From: Hydrurus foetidus
Lineage: Eukaryota
Direction: 5' to 3'
DNA length: 64,000 bases
NCBI GenBank assembly: GCA_900617105.1
Contig: UYFQ01000001.1
Location: forward strand, 992,001 to 1,056,000
A program made the position numbers and the translations under genes. How positions within the stretch are numbered: position 1 is the stretch's first letter; every line of letters starts with the position of its first letter. Under the pieces are notes generated by a model. That model had not been told where the DNA came from, ran no database searches, and worked only from the letters and a program-made list of their open reading frames with translations. Below, piece by piece: positions 1 to 9,864 of this stretch.

Positions 1-57
1 GAGCTGGAATACGTCGATTTGGGCACCATCGCCCATGCCTTGGTGGACAGGCGCTGA
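1..57 (+). CDS. recR: Recombination mediator RecR, C-terminal end (partial at window edge)
   Basis: Frame 1 reads ELEYVDLGTIAHALVDRR*, matching the RecR C-terminal (GG)ELEYVDxxT motif. Confidence 0.8.
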   Translation, partial: ELEYVDLGTIAHALVDRR

Positions 58-141
58 GGCCCTGCTGAGGCTCAATTACGTAATTACCCGCGCGGGATGT
101 TCCCGATGCGGTTTGTCTGTGTTTTGTCTACCCTCTGAGGT

Positions 142-1147
142 ATGTGCAAAACGAACCCTGATACCAGGCTAAATGCCCCGAGTCAACCTCCAAGTACCCG
201 CGCGAGCACTGGGGCATTGACTCGCCGTACCTTTCACCTGTCGTTGCTGTTGGCTGCCTCCATCGCTGTGCCCAACGCCTATGCCCAGCCCAAGCCTGAG
301 CGCAGCAAAATTGCGATTGCGGTAGGTGGTAAAGCGTCGTTTTACCACCTGCCATTGACGATTGCCGAGCAATTGGGTTACTTCAAAGCCGAGGGGCTGG
401 ATGTAGAGATTGTCGATTTTGCGAGCAGCGCCAGGGCCATGCAAGCGGTGGCGAGTGGGTCTGCCGATGTGGTCAGTGGCGCGTATGAGCAAATTTTGAA
501 TTTGCAAAGCAAAAATCAATTTTTCCAATCGTTCGTCTTGCAGGGCAGGGCACCTCAAGTGGCGCTGGGCGTGTCCACCAAAACCATGCCTGATTTTCAA
601 ACCTGGGCTGACCTGAAAGGCCACCGCATGGGCATTGCAGCCCCCGGTGGTTCTACCAACATGGTGGCCAATTTGGTGTTGTCGGGGGCCGGTCTCAAAA
701 CCAGCGAAGTCAGCTATGTGGGTGTAGGCAACGCCGCTGGGGCATTGGCGGCGCTGCGCAGTGGGCAGATCGACGCCATCAGCAACATGGACCCGGTGAT
801 GACCATCCTGGAACAAAAAGGCGACGTCAAAATCATCTCTGACACCCGCACGCTCAAAGGCACCTTGGAGGTGTTCGGTGGCCCCATGCCCGCCGCGTGT
901 TTGTACGCCTCTTATGCGTACCGTGCCCGAGGCCTACTTGCTGGGCGATCAAGGCCTGTATTTGGCAGCGTTTGGCAAAATGCGTGAAGCCATTTCACCA
1001 GATGGTCTGTTTCCTGATGAGGGCAGTAAAACTGCTCTGAGGGCCTTGGGCTTGTTCGATGCCAGCGTGAGCGCTGAGAAATTTGAGTTGGGTAAAACCT
1101 ACACCAACGAGTTTGCGCTTCGGGCGAAAGACAAATTCAAAGCCTGA
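142..1147 (+). pseudogene. NitT/TauT-family ABC transporter substrate-binding protein, frameshifted near 910
   Basis: ORF 142..987 gives the N-terminal part (Tat-like TRRTF signal, YHLPLTIAEQLGYF, DVVSGAYE, GGPMPAACLYA). The family C-terminus (RTVPEAYLLGD...SPDG...TYTNEF) is in another frame from about 911 to TGA 1147. Confidence 0.75.
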
Positions 1148-1235
1148 CAAGTGGGTGTGGTGGGTTGTCTAGGCCGACATGCTGCGGTAGGCTGGAATCA
1201 CAAAATTTGGCAGCTGTTAATTTTTTAGATTCTTC

Positions 1236-2843
1236 TCAGTGTTTGGCGACTCGAATCTTGTTGCTGGGTGCCGCCTTCAACGGCGCACTTGAAGTCACAT
1301 TACTGGCCACTTTGGCTGTTGCCTGCTTGCCGACAGGCGCTTTCGCCTGCTTCGCGTTGCTGTTGCCATGTTGTTGCGTGGGTGCCGCTTTTGCCATCAC
1401 CGTATGTGTTTTGATTGGCAAAAACACCACGACCTGCTGGCCCTTTTTAAAGGCTGCTTGTGCACTGACATGGTTCCATTGCGCCACGCTGCTGGCACTC
1501 ACGTTGTAGCGTTGTGCCACGCTGGCCACGGTGTCGGCTTTGTTGGCTTTGACCAGGGACTTGCGCAGCACGATCTCGGGGGCGAGGCTCAGTTGGGCGT
1601 TGTCGGCGACGTGGATGGTGACATCAGCCTGCTGGTTGCCATGGCGTGGCACCAACAGGGTTGACCCCGCTTTGACAAGCATGCGCTGCGGGATGTTGTT
1701 GATGGCGCGGAACTCTGTTTCACCCATGCCTGCTTGGCGAGCGGCATCCACGGGCTTCATCGTCGTGGGGGCGATCCAGGCCGTCCAGCTTGCCAAGCGG
1801 CCACCGGTATAGGCTTCCAGGTTTTGCTGGAAGATGGTGGCGTTGTCCCATGGCAGCAAAATTTGCGGCGTACCCGCCGCCAAAATCACCGGGCGGTTGG
1901 CGGAAGGGTTGAGGGCTTTGAAGTCGTCAAACTTCACCTCAGCGAGCTTGGCGGCCAGGGCCACGTCAATGTCGCGGGTGATGGGGACTTGCTGGAAGTA
2001 GGGGTGGTTGAAAATTTCAGGCAGCTGTACACCCACCGCCTCGGGGCTGGCGACGATGTTCTTCACCGCTTGCAGCTTGGGGATGTACATGCGCGTTTCC
2101 ATCGGCATGTTCAGGTCGCTGTAGGTGGTGCCCAAGCCTGCACGCTGGTTTTTGGCAATGGCACGCTGCACGCTGCCTTCGCCCCAGTTGTAAGCGGCCA
2201 GGGCGAGCTGCCAGTCACCAAACATGCCGTAGAGTTTTTGCAGGTAGTCCAGCGCGGCGCGGGTAGAGGCCAGCACGTCGCGGCGGTCGTCGCGGAAGAC
2301 GTTTTGCTTCAGGTCGAAATACTTGCCTGTGGCGGGCACAAACTGCCACATACCAGCCGCTTTGGCGCTGGAAACGGCTTGAGGGTTGAAGGCGCTCTCA
2401 ATGAAGGGCAGCAGCGCCAACTCGGTCGGCATGTTGCGGCGCTCCAGCTCTTCGACGACGTGAAACAGGTACTTGCGGCCACGCTCCGTCATCCGCACCA
2501 TGTAGTCTGGGCGTGCGGTGTACCACTGTTCGCGGTCGCGTACCAGATCGCTATCGAGGTTAGGGATGCCATAGCCTCGGCGAATGCGTTCCCACAGGTC
2601 GCGGGGAGGGTTGAGTTCAGCCACTGGTTGGCCCTTGGCCGAATTGGCTGTGATGGCCAGCAAAGGGCCACCTGGGTAAATAGCCGTGCGTGGTGGGGTG
2701 GGTACTGTTTTGGACGGGGGATTGGGCGCAGCTTCAGCCGTTTGATCCGAGGAGGCTTTGTCTGTGGGCTTGGTAGCACAGGCGGTCAGTAACAGCAGGC
2801 TGACCACGCCAACGGTGGTGCGTAATGTCGGACGTAAATTCAT
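1236..2843 (-). CDS. mltD: Membrane-bound lytic murein transglycosylase D (SLT + LysM)
   Basis: Lipobox LLTAC, LPFIESAFNP, AAGMWQF, AYNWGEG and C-terminal LysM-like repeats; lies downstream of gloB as usual. Confidence 0.93.
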   Translation of the reverse strand: MNLRPTLRTTVGVVSLLLLTACATKPTDKASSDQTAEAAPNPPSKTVPTPPRTAIYPGGPLLAITANSAKGQPVAELNPPRDLWERIRRGYGIPNLDSDLVRDREQWYTARPDYMVRMTERGRKYLFHVVEELERRNMPTELALLPFIESAFNPQAVSSAKAAGMWQFVPATGKYFDLKQNVFRDDRRDVLASTRAALDYLQKLYGMFGDWQLALAAYNWGEGSVQRAIAKNQRAGLGTTYSDLNMPMETRMYIPKLQAVKNIVASPEAVGVQLPEIFNHPYFQQVPITRDIDVALAAKLAEVKFDDFKALNPSANRPVILAAGTPQILLPWDNATIFQQNLEAYTGGRLASWTAWIAPTTMKPVDAARQAGMGETEFRAINNIPQRMLVKAGSTLLVPRHGNQQADVTIHVADNAQLSLAPEIVLRKSLVKANKADTVASVAQRYNVSASSVAQWNHVSAQAAFKKGQQVVVFLPIKTHTVMAKAAPTQQHGNSNAKQAKAPVGKQATAKVASNVTSSAPLKAAPSNKIRVAKH

Positions 2844-3634
2844 TTGAATTGGTTTTTCCAGGTGCGAATGGCCGCAAAAACGGCCATTTCGCTGGATGAA
2901 TCGGATGCCAGAGCGGCTTCAAAACGGCCTGCAGCCCGTATCACTCGGGGCTGGCGGGTACGCAAAAATGGGTTGATGCGCAGTTCTTGTGCGATGGTAG
3001 AGGGCAGGGTGGGGCGGTTCTCACCGCGCCGTGTGACGCATTGCGCGTTATAGGCTTGCAAATCCAGATTGTCAGGTTCCACGGCCAGTGCAAAGCGCAA
3101 ATTGCTCAGTGTGTACTCGTGCGTGCAGCAGACCAGGGTGGTGGCTGGTAGGGCCGCCAGTTTGTCAAGGGAAACCAACATCTGCGCTGGTGTACCTTCA
3201 AACAAGCGCCCACAGCCGCCTGAAAACAGCGTGTCACCGCAAAACAGCAGGGGCTGCTGCGTGCCATCAACTTCTGCGCTGTCGCAGTAATACGCAATAT
3301 GCCCGGCGGTATGCCCCGGCACGTCGATCACTGTGAAACGCAGACCCAGCACGTCCACCGCATCGCCTTCCACCAAGCGCTGCAAGGGTTCAGGCATTTT
3401 TTCGGTGGCTGGCCCGTAAACGGCTGCACCGGTGGCTTCGCGCAAAGCATCGACACCACCGACATGATCGGCATGGTGGTGCGTGACTAGAATCGCAGCC
3501 AATGGCAGTTTCAAACACTCCAAAGCATCAAATACCGGCTGAGCATCGCCAGGATCCACCACGACTGCGTGCGTGCCGTTGTGCAGCAGCCAAACATAGT
3601 TGTCAGTGAAAGCGGGCAGTGGAATTAATGTCAT
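2840..3634 (-). CDS. gloB: Hydroxyacylglutathione hydrolase (glyoxalase II)
   Basis: THHHADH, PGHT, FCGDTLF, HEYT motifs; 4-bp overlap with mltD. Confidence 0.95.
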   Translation of the reverse strand: MTLIPLPAFTDNYVWLLHNGTHAVVVDPGDAQPVFDALECLKLPLAAILVTHHHADHVGGVDALREATGAAVYGPATEKMPEPLQRLVEGDAVDVLGLRFTVIDVPGHTAGHIAYYCDSAEVDGTQQPLLFCGDTLFSGGCGRLFEGTPAQMLVSLDKLAALPATTLVCCTHEYTLSNLRFALAVEPDNLDLQAYNAQCVTRRGENRPTLPSTIAQELRINPFLRTRQPRVIRAAGRFEAALASDSSSEMAVFAAIRTWKNQFK

Positions 3635-3665
3635 AAGCGGCGAAATTATAGGTTTTCAGGCCCAA

Positions 3666-4529
3666 ATGTCTTCATCTTTGCAAACTACGCTGCCAACGTC
3701 GGCCCAATCACGCCTGCACGACTGGCTGCAAACCCCGCCCGGCGCTTACCTGCACCACTGGGCGCTGCAAGAGTTCGAGCGCTCGGTGGTGGACGTGTTT
3801 GGCTACCACGCGCTGCAACTGGGGCTGCCCCACATCGGCACCCTGCAAGCCAACCGCATGCCCCACCAGTGGCTGGCGCTGGACGATGCGGCTACGTTGA
3901 ATGCGCCTCACCCAACTGATCCATCCCATCAGCCTTCCTTTTTGACCGACTTTGATGCCTTGCCCTTCCCCGAGGCCAGCCTGGATTTGGTCACGTTGCC
4001 CCACACACTAGAGCTCACCGGCGATCCGCACGGCACCTTGAGCGAAGTCCACCGCGTGCTCGTTCCCGAGGGGCGGGTGGTGATCTGCGGCCTCAACCCC
4101 AACAGCTTGTGGGGCCTGCGCCAACGCCGTGCCCAGCTCTACCAGCGCTTTGGCTTTGGCGAACCCTATGTGCCCGATACCTTCGAGTGGATAGGCTACC
4201 GCCGTCTGCGCGATTGGTTGAGGCTGCTCAGTTTTGAGGTCGAATCGGTGCGTTTTGGTGTCTATCGCCCGGCAGTACGCAGCCAGCAATGGCTGGACAA
4301 CACCGCCTGGCTTGACCCCATTGGCAGCCGCTGGTGGCCGATTTTGGGTGGGGTATATTTTGTGGTCGCCGTCAAGCGCGTGCGTGGCATGACGCTGATC
4401 CGGCAAGCCTGGAAAGCCCCGCCCAAGATGGCAGTCGCTCCTGTTTCTGTAGCTACCAGCGCACACTCTACAAGCGTTATAGCCGTACCTGTAAGTACTC
4501 AACACCAAAACAACGAGAAAACACCTTGA
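3666..4529 (+). CDS. Class I SAM-dependent methyltransferase (YafS-like)
   Basis: [32 protein letters not shown]; conserved gloB-yafS-rnhA position. Start uncertain. Confidence 0.85.
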   Translation: MSSSLQTTLPTSAQSRLHDWLQTPPGAYLHHWALQEFERSVVDVFGYHALQLGLPHIGTLQANRMPHQWLALDDAATLNAPHPTDPSHQPSFLTDFDALPFPEASLDLVTLPHTLELTGDPHGTLSEVHRVLVPEGRVVICGLNPNSLWGLRQRRAQLYQRFGFGEPYVPDTFEWIGYRRLRDWLRLLSFEVESVRFGVYRPAVRSQQWLDNTAWLDPIGSRWWPILGGVYFVVAVKRVRGMTLIRQAWKAPPKMAVAPVSVATSAHSTSVIAVPVSTQHQNNEKTP

Positions 4530-4972
4530 ACTTGATTGACATTTACACCGATGGTGCCTGCAAAGGCAACCCTGGCCCTGGCGGCTGGGGCGTGTGGCTG
4601 AAATCGGCCACCGCCCAAAAAGAGCTGTTCGGTGGCGAGCGCGAAACCACCAACAACCGCATGGAAATGATGGCCGTCATCGAAGCCCTTAAAGCTCTCA
4701 AGCGCCCCTGCCAAGTCACGATGTACGTAGACAGCCAGTACGTGCTCAAAGGCATCACTGAGTGGATTCACGGCTGGAAAGCCAAAGGCTGGCGCACCGC
4801 GTCCAAAGAACCGGTGAAAAACGTTGATCTGTGGCAGCAGATGGACGCTCTGGTGCAAACCGGAGGACACAAAATCGACTGGCGCTGGGTCAAGGGCCAT
4901 GCAGGCGACCCTGGCAACGAGCGGGCTGACCAGTTGGCGAACAAGGGGGTGGATTTGGCTTTAGGCCGCTGA
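4526..4972 (+). CDS. rnhA: Ribonuclease HI
   Basis: [42 protein letters not shown] start at 4526 overlaps the upstream stop. Confidence 0.96.
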   Translation: MNLIDIYTDGACKGNPGPGGWGVWLKSATAQKELFGGERETTNNRMEMMAVIEALKALKRPCQVTMYVDSQYVLKGITEWIHGWKAKGWRTASKEPVKNVDLWQQMDALVQTGGHKIDWRWVKGHAGDPGNERADQLANKGVDLALGR

Positions 4973-5102
4973 CGTGTAAACAAAAAGTAAAGGTAGGCAG
5001 TTTGCCCAGCTTGATGCTGGGTTGGGGGGATGTGTAAGGTCAGTTGTGCTGTGCAGGATTGCCGCTTGACTGTTATATTGGAAAACTAACTCTTACAGCA
5101 CC

Positions 5103-5131
5103 TGTCCAAGTCGGAATAAGCGACTTGGACA
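5103..5131. promoter_or_regulatory. Perfect 11-bp inverted repeat upstream of the RND operon (operator or leader hairpin)
   Basis: TGTCCAAGTCG-gaataag-CGACTTGGACA, 13 nt before ATG 5145; no U-tract. Confidence 0.5.
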
Positions 5132-5144
5132 ACCCACATTGACT

Positions 5145-6512
5145 ATGGCGTCGAAATCAATTTATACCTTGGTGGCCGTGACTGGCATTGCCGCAGCCTC
5201 TGGCGCAGCATGGTGGTTCCAGCACAAGCCATCTAGCATCAATGGCAGCGCTAACAGTTCGGCTAGCAGCGCAGCCACCAGTCCTTCCCCTGCAGGCTCA
5301 GCGTCTGGTACCACTGCAATACGCCCCTCATCTGTTGAGGTAGCCAAGGTGGAGGTGATGAAGCTTACCGACGACACCCAGGCTGTAGGCAGTTTGCGCT
5401 CAAGGCAAAGTGTGGTCTTGCGTCCTGAAATCAGTGGGCGCATCACGCAGATGAATTTCAAAGACGGCGAGCGCGTGCGCAAAGGCCAGTTAATGGTGCA
5501 GTTGGACGACCAATTGCCCATGGCGCAGATCAAGCAAAGTCGGGCGGAACACTCGATTGCGTTGGCCAACCACAAGCGAAACCAAGATTTGGTGGCACAA
5601 AACTTCATCAGCCAGCGCACTGTTGATGAAAGCGCGGCAAATTTGGAGGTGTCACAAGCCAAACTGGCCCTTTCTGAAGCCACAGCCGCGCGCCTCAAAA
5701 TTCTGGCCCCCTTTGATGGCGTTACAGGCATCCGAACTGTCAACCCTGGGGATTACCTGAAGGACGGTGCCGATATAGTCAATGTGGAAGATTTGGACGC
5801 TGTTTTTGTCGACTTTCGGCTGCCCGAGCGGTTCTTGACCAAAATCAAGAAGGGCCAAAAAGCCTCTGTCGATCTCGATGCCTTACCAGGACGTAAATTT
5901 TTTGCTGTGGTGCAGGCCATTGATCCGTTGATTGATGCCAATGGCCGATCGGTCAGTGTGCGAGCTTGCATCGATAACCGCACCATGAGCTTGCGCCCTG
6001 GCATGTTTGCCCGTGTGACAGCTGTTTTTGGTGAGCGCGAACGCGCGCTGGTGGTTCCTGAAGAGGCTATCGTGCCGCAGGGTCAGCGCCAGTTTGTCAT
6101 CAAGGTGGTGGACGGTACGGAAAAAGACAGCAAAATTTCGCAGCGTACTGAAGTCAAAGTCGGTATACGCCGCCCAGGACGGGTCGAAATCATCGAAGGC
6201 TTGTCCGAGGGCGATGTGGTGATCGTCGCAGGCCAGCAGCGGGTGCAAAAGGACGGGTCGATGTTGAAGGTGATGACGCTGGGCAAGCCCGGCGCTGCTC
6301 CCGCTGCAACCCCTGCTGTGACATCTGCGCAACCCGTTGCATCCACGGCCACGTTGGCCTTGTCGCCTGCCAAGCCTGACATGCTGAAGCCTGTAGCGGC
6401 CAAAGTTCCTGAAGGCCCCAACCCTTGTATGGCTGATTTGAGTGGCCATGGAGTTGGAGGCCAATTTGTGCCTTCCACCTCGCCAGCACGCTCATCCCAG
6501 CGCGCCAGCTAG
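5145..6512 (+). CDS. RND efflux periplasmic adaptor (membrane fusion protein)
   Basis: N-terminal TM, lipoyl/hairpin motifs (LRPEISGRI, APFDG), LRPGMFARV, VPEEAIV; directly upstream of an RND permease. Confidence 0.92.
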   Translation: MASKSIYTLVAVTGIAAASGAAWWFQHKPSSINGSANSSASSAATSPSPAGSASGTTAIRPSSVEVAKVEVMKLTDDTQAVGSLRSRQSVVLRPEISGRITQMNFKDGERVRKGQLMVQLDDQLPMAQIKQSRAEHSIALANHKRNQDLVAQNFISQRTVDESAANLEVSQAKLALSEATAARLKILAPFDGVTGIRTVNPGDYLKDGADIVNVEDLDAVFVDFRLPERFLTKIKKGQKASVDLDALPGRKFFAVVQAIDPLIDANGRSVSVRACIDNRTMSLRPGMFARVTAVFGERERALVVPEEAIVPQGQRQFVIKVVDGTEKDSKISQRTEVKVGIRRPGRVEIIEGLSEGDVVIVAGQQRVQKDGSMLKVMTLGKPGAAPAATPAVTSAQPVASTATLALSPAKPDMLKPVAAKVPEGPNPCMADLSGHGVGGQFVPSTSPARSSQRAS

Positions 6513-6527
6513 GCCTAAGGACGCGCC

Positions 6528-9500
6528 ATGCAACTCGCTGAAGTTTCCATTCGCCGCCCGGTTTTTGCAACCGTCCTTTCTCTGTTGGTGCTATTGATTG
6601 GGGCTGTAAGCTTCACCAAGCTTTCGGTGCGTGAGTACCCCAAGATTGACGAACCCGTCGTCACTGTTACGGTGCGCTATGCCGGGGCATCCGCTGAGGT
6701 GATGGAGTCGCAAGTCACCAAGCCACTGGAAGACTCCATTGCGGGCATCGACGCGGTGGATGTGATTACCTCCATCAGCCGTGCTGAGCAGGCGCAAATT
6801 TCCATCCGCTTTCGCCTAGAAAAAGATGCCGACACCGCTGCTGCCGAGGTGCGTGACCGCACGTCTCGTGTGCGCAACCGCCTGCCGCAAGCGATTGACG
6901 AACCCGTGATTGCCAAGGTCGAAGCCGATGCCTTCCCGGTGATTTGGTTGTCGTTCAACAGCGAGACGATGAACCCTTTGCAGATCAATGATGCGGTCAA
7001 CCGCATTGCCAAGCCACGGCTGCAAACCGTCTCGGGTGCTGCTGACGTGCGTATTTTTGGCGAACGCAAATACGCCATGCGTGTGTGGCTAGACCCCGAT
7101 AAACTGGCCGCCTACAAACTGACCACACAAGATGCCGAAGACGCCATTCGCCGCTCTAACCTGGAAGTGCCTGCTGGGCGGATTGAGTCCACCCAGCGTG
7201 AGTTCAGCGTGACCTCGGAAACTGATTTGCGCACTGCCAACCAGTTTGCCAACATCATCATCAAAAACGCCAGCGGCTTCCCGGTGCGCATACGCGACGT
7301 GGGCCGGGTGCAAGAGGGCGCAGTGGACGAGCGCAGCTCCACCCGGCTCAATGGTCGGGCCTCCATTACCGCAGGCGTGATCCGCCAAGCCACCGCCAAT
7401 CCGCTGGATTTGAGTAACGGTGTGCGCGAGATGATCCCCAAGCTGCAAGCCGATTTGCCCCCCGGTATCTCGATTGAGGTGGCGAACGACAACTCGGTGT
7501 TCATTGACCGTTCGATCAAAAACGTGTTCCAAACCATCTTGGAGGCGGTGTTTTTGGTAGCGCTGGTGGTGTTTGTGTTCCTGCGCACGCTCAGAGCGTC
7601 CATCATCCCGGTGATTACCATCCCGGTGTGTTTGATCGGCACGTTTTCGATGATGGCACTGGCTGGGTTCAGCATCAACACGCTGACGCTGCTGGCCCTG
7701 GTACTGGCCATCGGGCTGGTGGTGGACGATGCCATTGTGGTGCTGGAAAACATCTATCGGCACATTGAAGAGGGCATGGATCCGTTCAGTGCGTCCATCA
7801 AGGGCGCGAAAGAGGTGAGCTTTGCGGTGATCGCGATGACGCTCACGCTGGTGGCTGTGTACGCGCCGTTGGCTTTCACGCCAGGGCGCACGGGCCGGTT
7901 GTTTGTGGAGTTCGCGCTGGCGCTGGCCGGTGCGGTGGCTGTGTCGGGTTTTATCGCGCTCACGCTGTCGCCCATGATGTGCTCGCTGCTGCTCAAGCAC
8001 AACCCCACGCCCAGCTGGTTTGACCGAGGCATGGAGCGTGTGCTGACGGGTTTGGTCAGAGGCTATGAGGCGGCTTTGCGCTGGCTCGTCACCACCGGGT
8101 ACGACAAGGCACGCACCCAAACGGGCACAGCCGCCGCCCTTAAACGTTGGTTTTTGGATGCACGCTGGTTGGTGATTGGCGTGATGGTCGTGTGCGCCGT
8201 CAGCATCGTTACCATCTTCCCGAACATGAAACGCGAACTCGCACCGCTGGAAGACCGAGGTCAGGTGCTCGCTGTGGTGACAGCACCTGACGGAGCCACC
8301 TTGGAATACACCGAAAAATACGTCCGCGCCCTTGAGAAAATTGGTGAAGGTTACACAGAGTTTGACCGCATCTTCGTTACCGTCGGCAACCCCACTGTCT
8401 CCCAGGCCAGCGTGTTTTACCGTGCCATCGACTGGGAAAAACGCACTCGCTCTACGCTGGAGATGGCCCGTGAGATGCAGCCCAAAATGGCAGGTTTGCC
8501 GGGCGTTACCACCTTTCCCATCACACCGCCCTCGTTAGGCCAAGGTTTTCGTGAGCGTCCAGTGAACTTTGTGATCGTTACCTCCGACAGCTACCAAAAT
8601 CTGGCTGGGGTGTCACGCCAGATGATGGACGAAATCGCGAAAAACCCCGGCATCGTCAGCGCCGACATTGACCTGCGTCTGAACAAGCCCGAGCTGAAAA
8701 TCGACGTAGACCGCGACAAAGCCGCCGACTTGGGGGTCAGCGTAGATGCTGTGGCCCGTGCCATTGAGACCATGCTGGGTGGCCGCCAAGTGACCCGCTA
8801 CAAGCGCGAAGGCGAGCAGTTTGACGTGATTGTGCAAACCCAGGCCTCCGGGCGTGATACGCCAGACGACATCGAAAAAATCTTTGTCCGGGGTCGCAAC
8901 GACACCATGATCCCGCTCGCCACCTTGGTCAAGGTGCGCGAATCCGTGGCCCCCCGTGAGCTGAACCACTTCAGCCAACGCCGCTCAGTCTCCATCACCG
9001 CCAACCTCGCCGCCGACTATTCGCTGGGTCAGGCGCTGGACTTTTTGGATGCCACTGCCACCAAAGTGCTCAAGCCTGGCTACAGCACCGATTTGAACGG
9101 TACCTCACGCGAATTCAAAAACTCGCAGGGTGCGCTGGTGATTGTGTTTGCGTTGGCGCTGCTGTTCATCTTCTTGGTGCTGGCCGCACAGTTTGAAAGC
9201 TTCGTCGACCCCTTCGTCATCATGCTGTCGGTGCCGCTGTCGATGATTGGTGCCCTGCTGGCTTTGCAATGGACTGGTGGTTCGCTCAATGTGTACTCGC
9301 AAATCGGCTTGATCACGCTGGTGGGCTTGATTACCAAGCACGGCATTTTGATTGTGGAGTTCACCAATCAACTGCGTGAAACGGGTATGACCATGAGCGA
9401 TGCGCTCATCAAAGCCTCTTCCCAGCGCTTGCGCCCGATTTTGATGACCACAGGCGCGATGGTGCTGGGCGCCTTGCCCTTGGCGCTGGCCAAAGGCGCA

Positions 9501-9686
9501 GGCGCTGAAAGCCGCACCCAAATCGGCTGGGTCATCGTAGGTGGTATGAGTTTGGGCACGCTGCTGACGATTTTTGTTGTGCCCACGATGTACACGCTGT
9601 TCGCCCGTAAATCGGTGCCAGGTGCGAATATGGCGGAGGTGGTGGAAGTGAGTGTGGCTGTGGGGGATAGCGTTCACGCGCATTGA
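6528..9686 (+). CDS. RND efflux permease (AcrB/MexI/MexW-like)
   Basis: 1052 aa; IRRPVFA, GLVVDDAIVVLEN, GLITKHGILIVEF, RLRPILMT. Confidence 0.95.
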   Translation: MQLAEVSIRRPVFATVLSLLVLLIGAVSFTKLSVREYPKIDEPVVTVTVRYAGASAEVMESQVTKPLEDSIAGIDAVDVITSISRAEQAQISIRFRLEKDADTAAAEVRDRTSRVRNRLPQAIDEPVIAKVEADAFPVIWLSFNSETMNPLQINDAVNRIAKPRLQTVSGAADVRIFGERKYAMRVWLDPDKLAAYKLTTQDAEDAIRRSNLEVPAGRIESTQREFSVTSETDLRTANQFANIIIKNASGFPVRIRDVGRVQEGAVDERSSTRLNGRASITAGVIRQATANPLDLSNGVREMIPKLQADLPPGISIEVANDNSVFIDRSIKNVFQTILEAVFLVALVVFVFLRTLRASIIPVITIPVCLIGTFSMMALAGFSINTLTLLALVLAIGLVVDDAIVVLENIYRHIEEGMDPFSASIKGAKEVSFAVIAMTLTLVAVYAPLAFTPGRTGRLFVEFALALAGAVAVSGFIALTLSPMMCSLLLKHNPTPSWFDRGMERVLTGLVRGYEAALRWLVTTGYDKARTQTGTAAALKRWFLDARWLVIGVMVVCAVSIVTIFPNMKRELAPLEDRGQVLAVVTAPDGATLEYTEKYVRALEKIGEGYTEFDRIFVTVGNPTVSQASVFYRAIDWEKRTRSTLEMAREMQPKMAGLPGVTTFPITPPSLGQGFRERPVNFVIVTSDSYQNLAGVSRQMMDEIAKNPGIVSADIDLRLNKPELKIDVDRDKAADLGVSVDAVARAIETMLGGRQVTRYKREGEQFDVIVQTQASGRDTPDDIEKIFVRGRNDTMIPLATLVKVRESVAPRELNHFSQRRSVSITANLAADYSLGQALDFLDATATKVLKPGYSTDLNGTSREFKNSQGALVIVFALALLFIFLVLAAQFESFVDPFVIMLSVPLSMIGALLALQWTGGSLNVYSQIGLITLVGLITKHGILIVEFTNQLRETGMTMSDALIKASSQRLRPILMTTGAMVLGALPLALAKGAGAESRTQIGWVIVGGMSLGTLLTIFVVPTMYTLFARKSVPGANMAEVVEVSVAVGDSVHAH

Positions 9687-9794
9687 TGCCGGCTGGCTAT
9701 GACGCAGGAACACGAGTGCAAGATCAGCTAGCAAACGGTCTGAGTGCGGGGCAGTATTCTCGTAGCCCGGGTCTAGCGCAGTCTGATGGCGCAC

Positions 9795-9826
9795 AATAAA
9801 AAGCCGCTTCGCAGCGGCTTTTTATT
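9795..9826. terminator. Bidirectional intrinsic terminator
   Basis: AATAAAAAGCCGCT-tcgc-AGCGGCTTTTTATT between the convergent RND permease and PQQ dehydrogenase genes. Confidence 0.88.
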
Positions 9827-9864
9827 TCAAGGGGCTTGCTTGCCCCTGCGCGATGCTTCAATGC

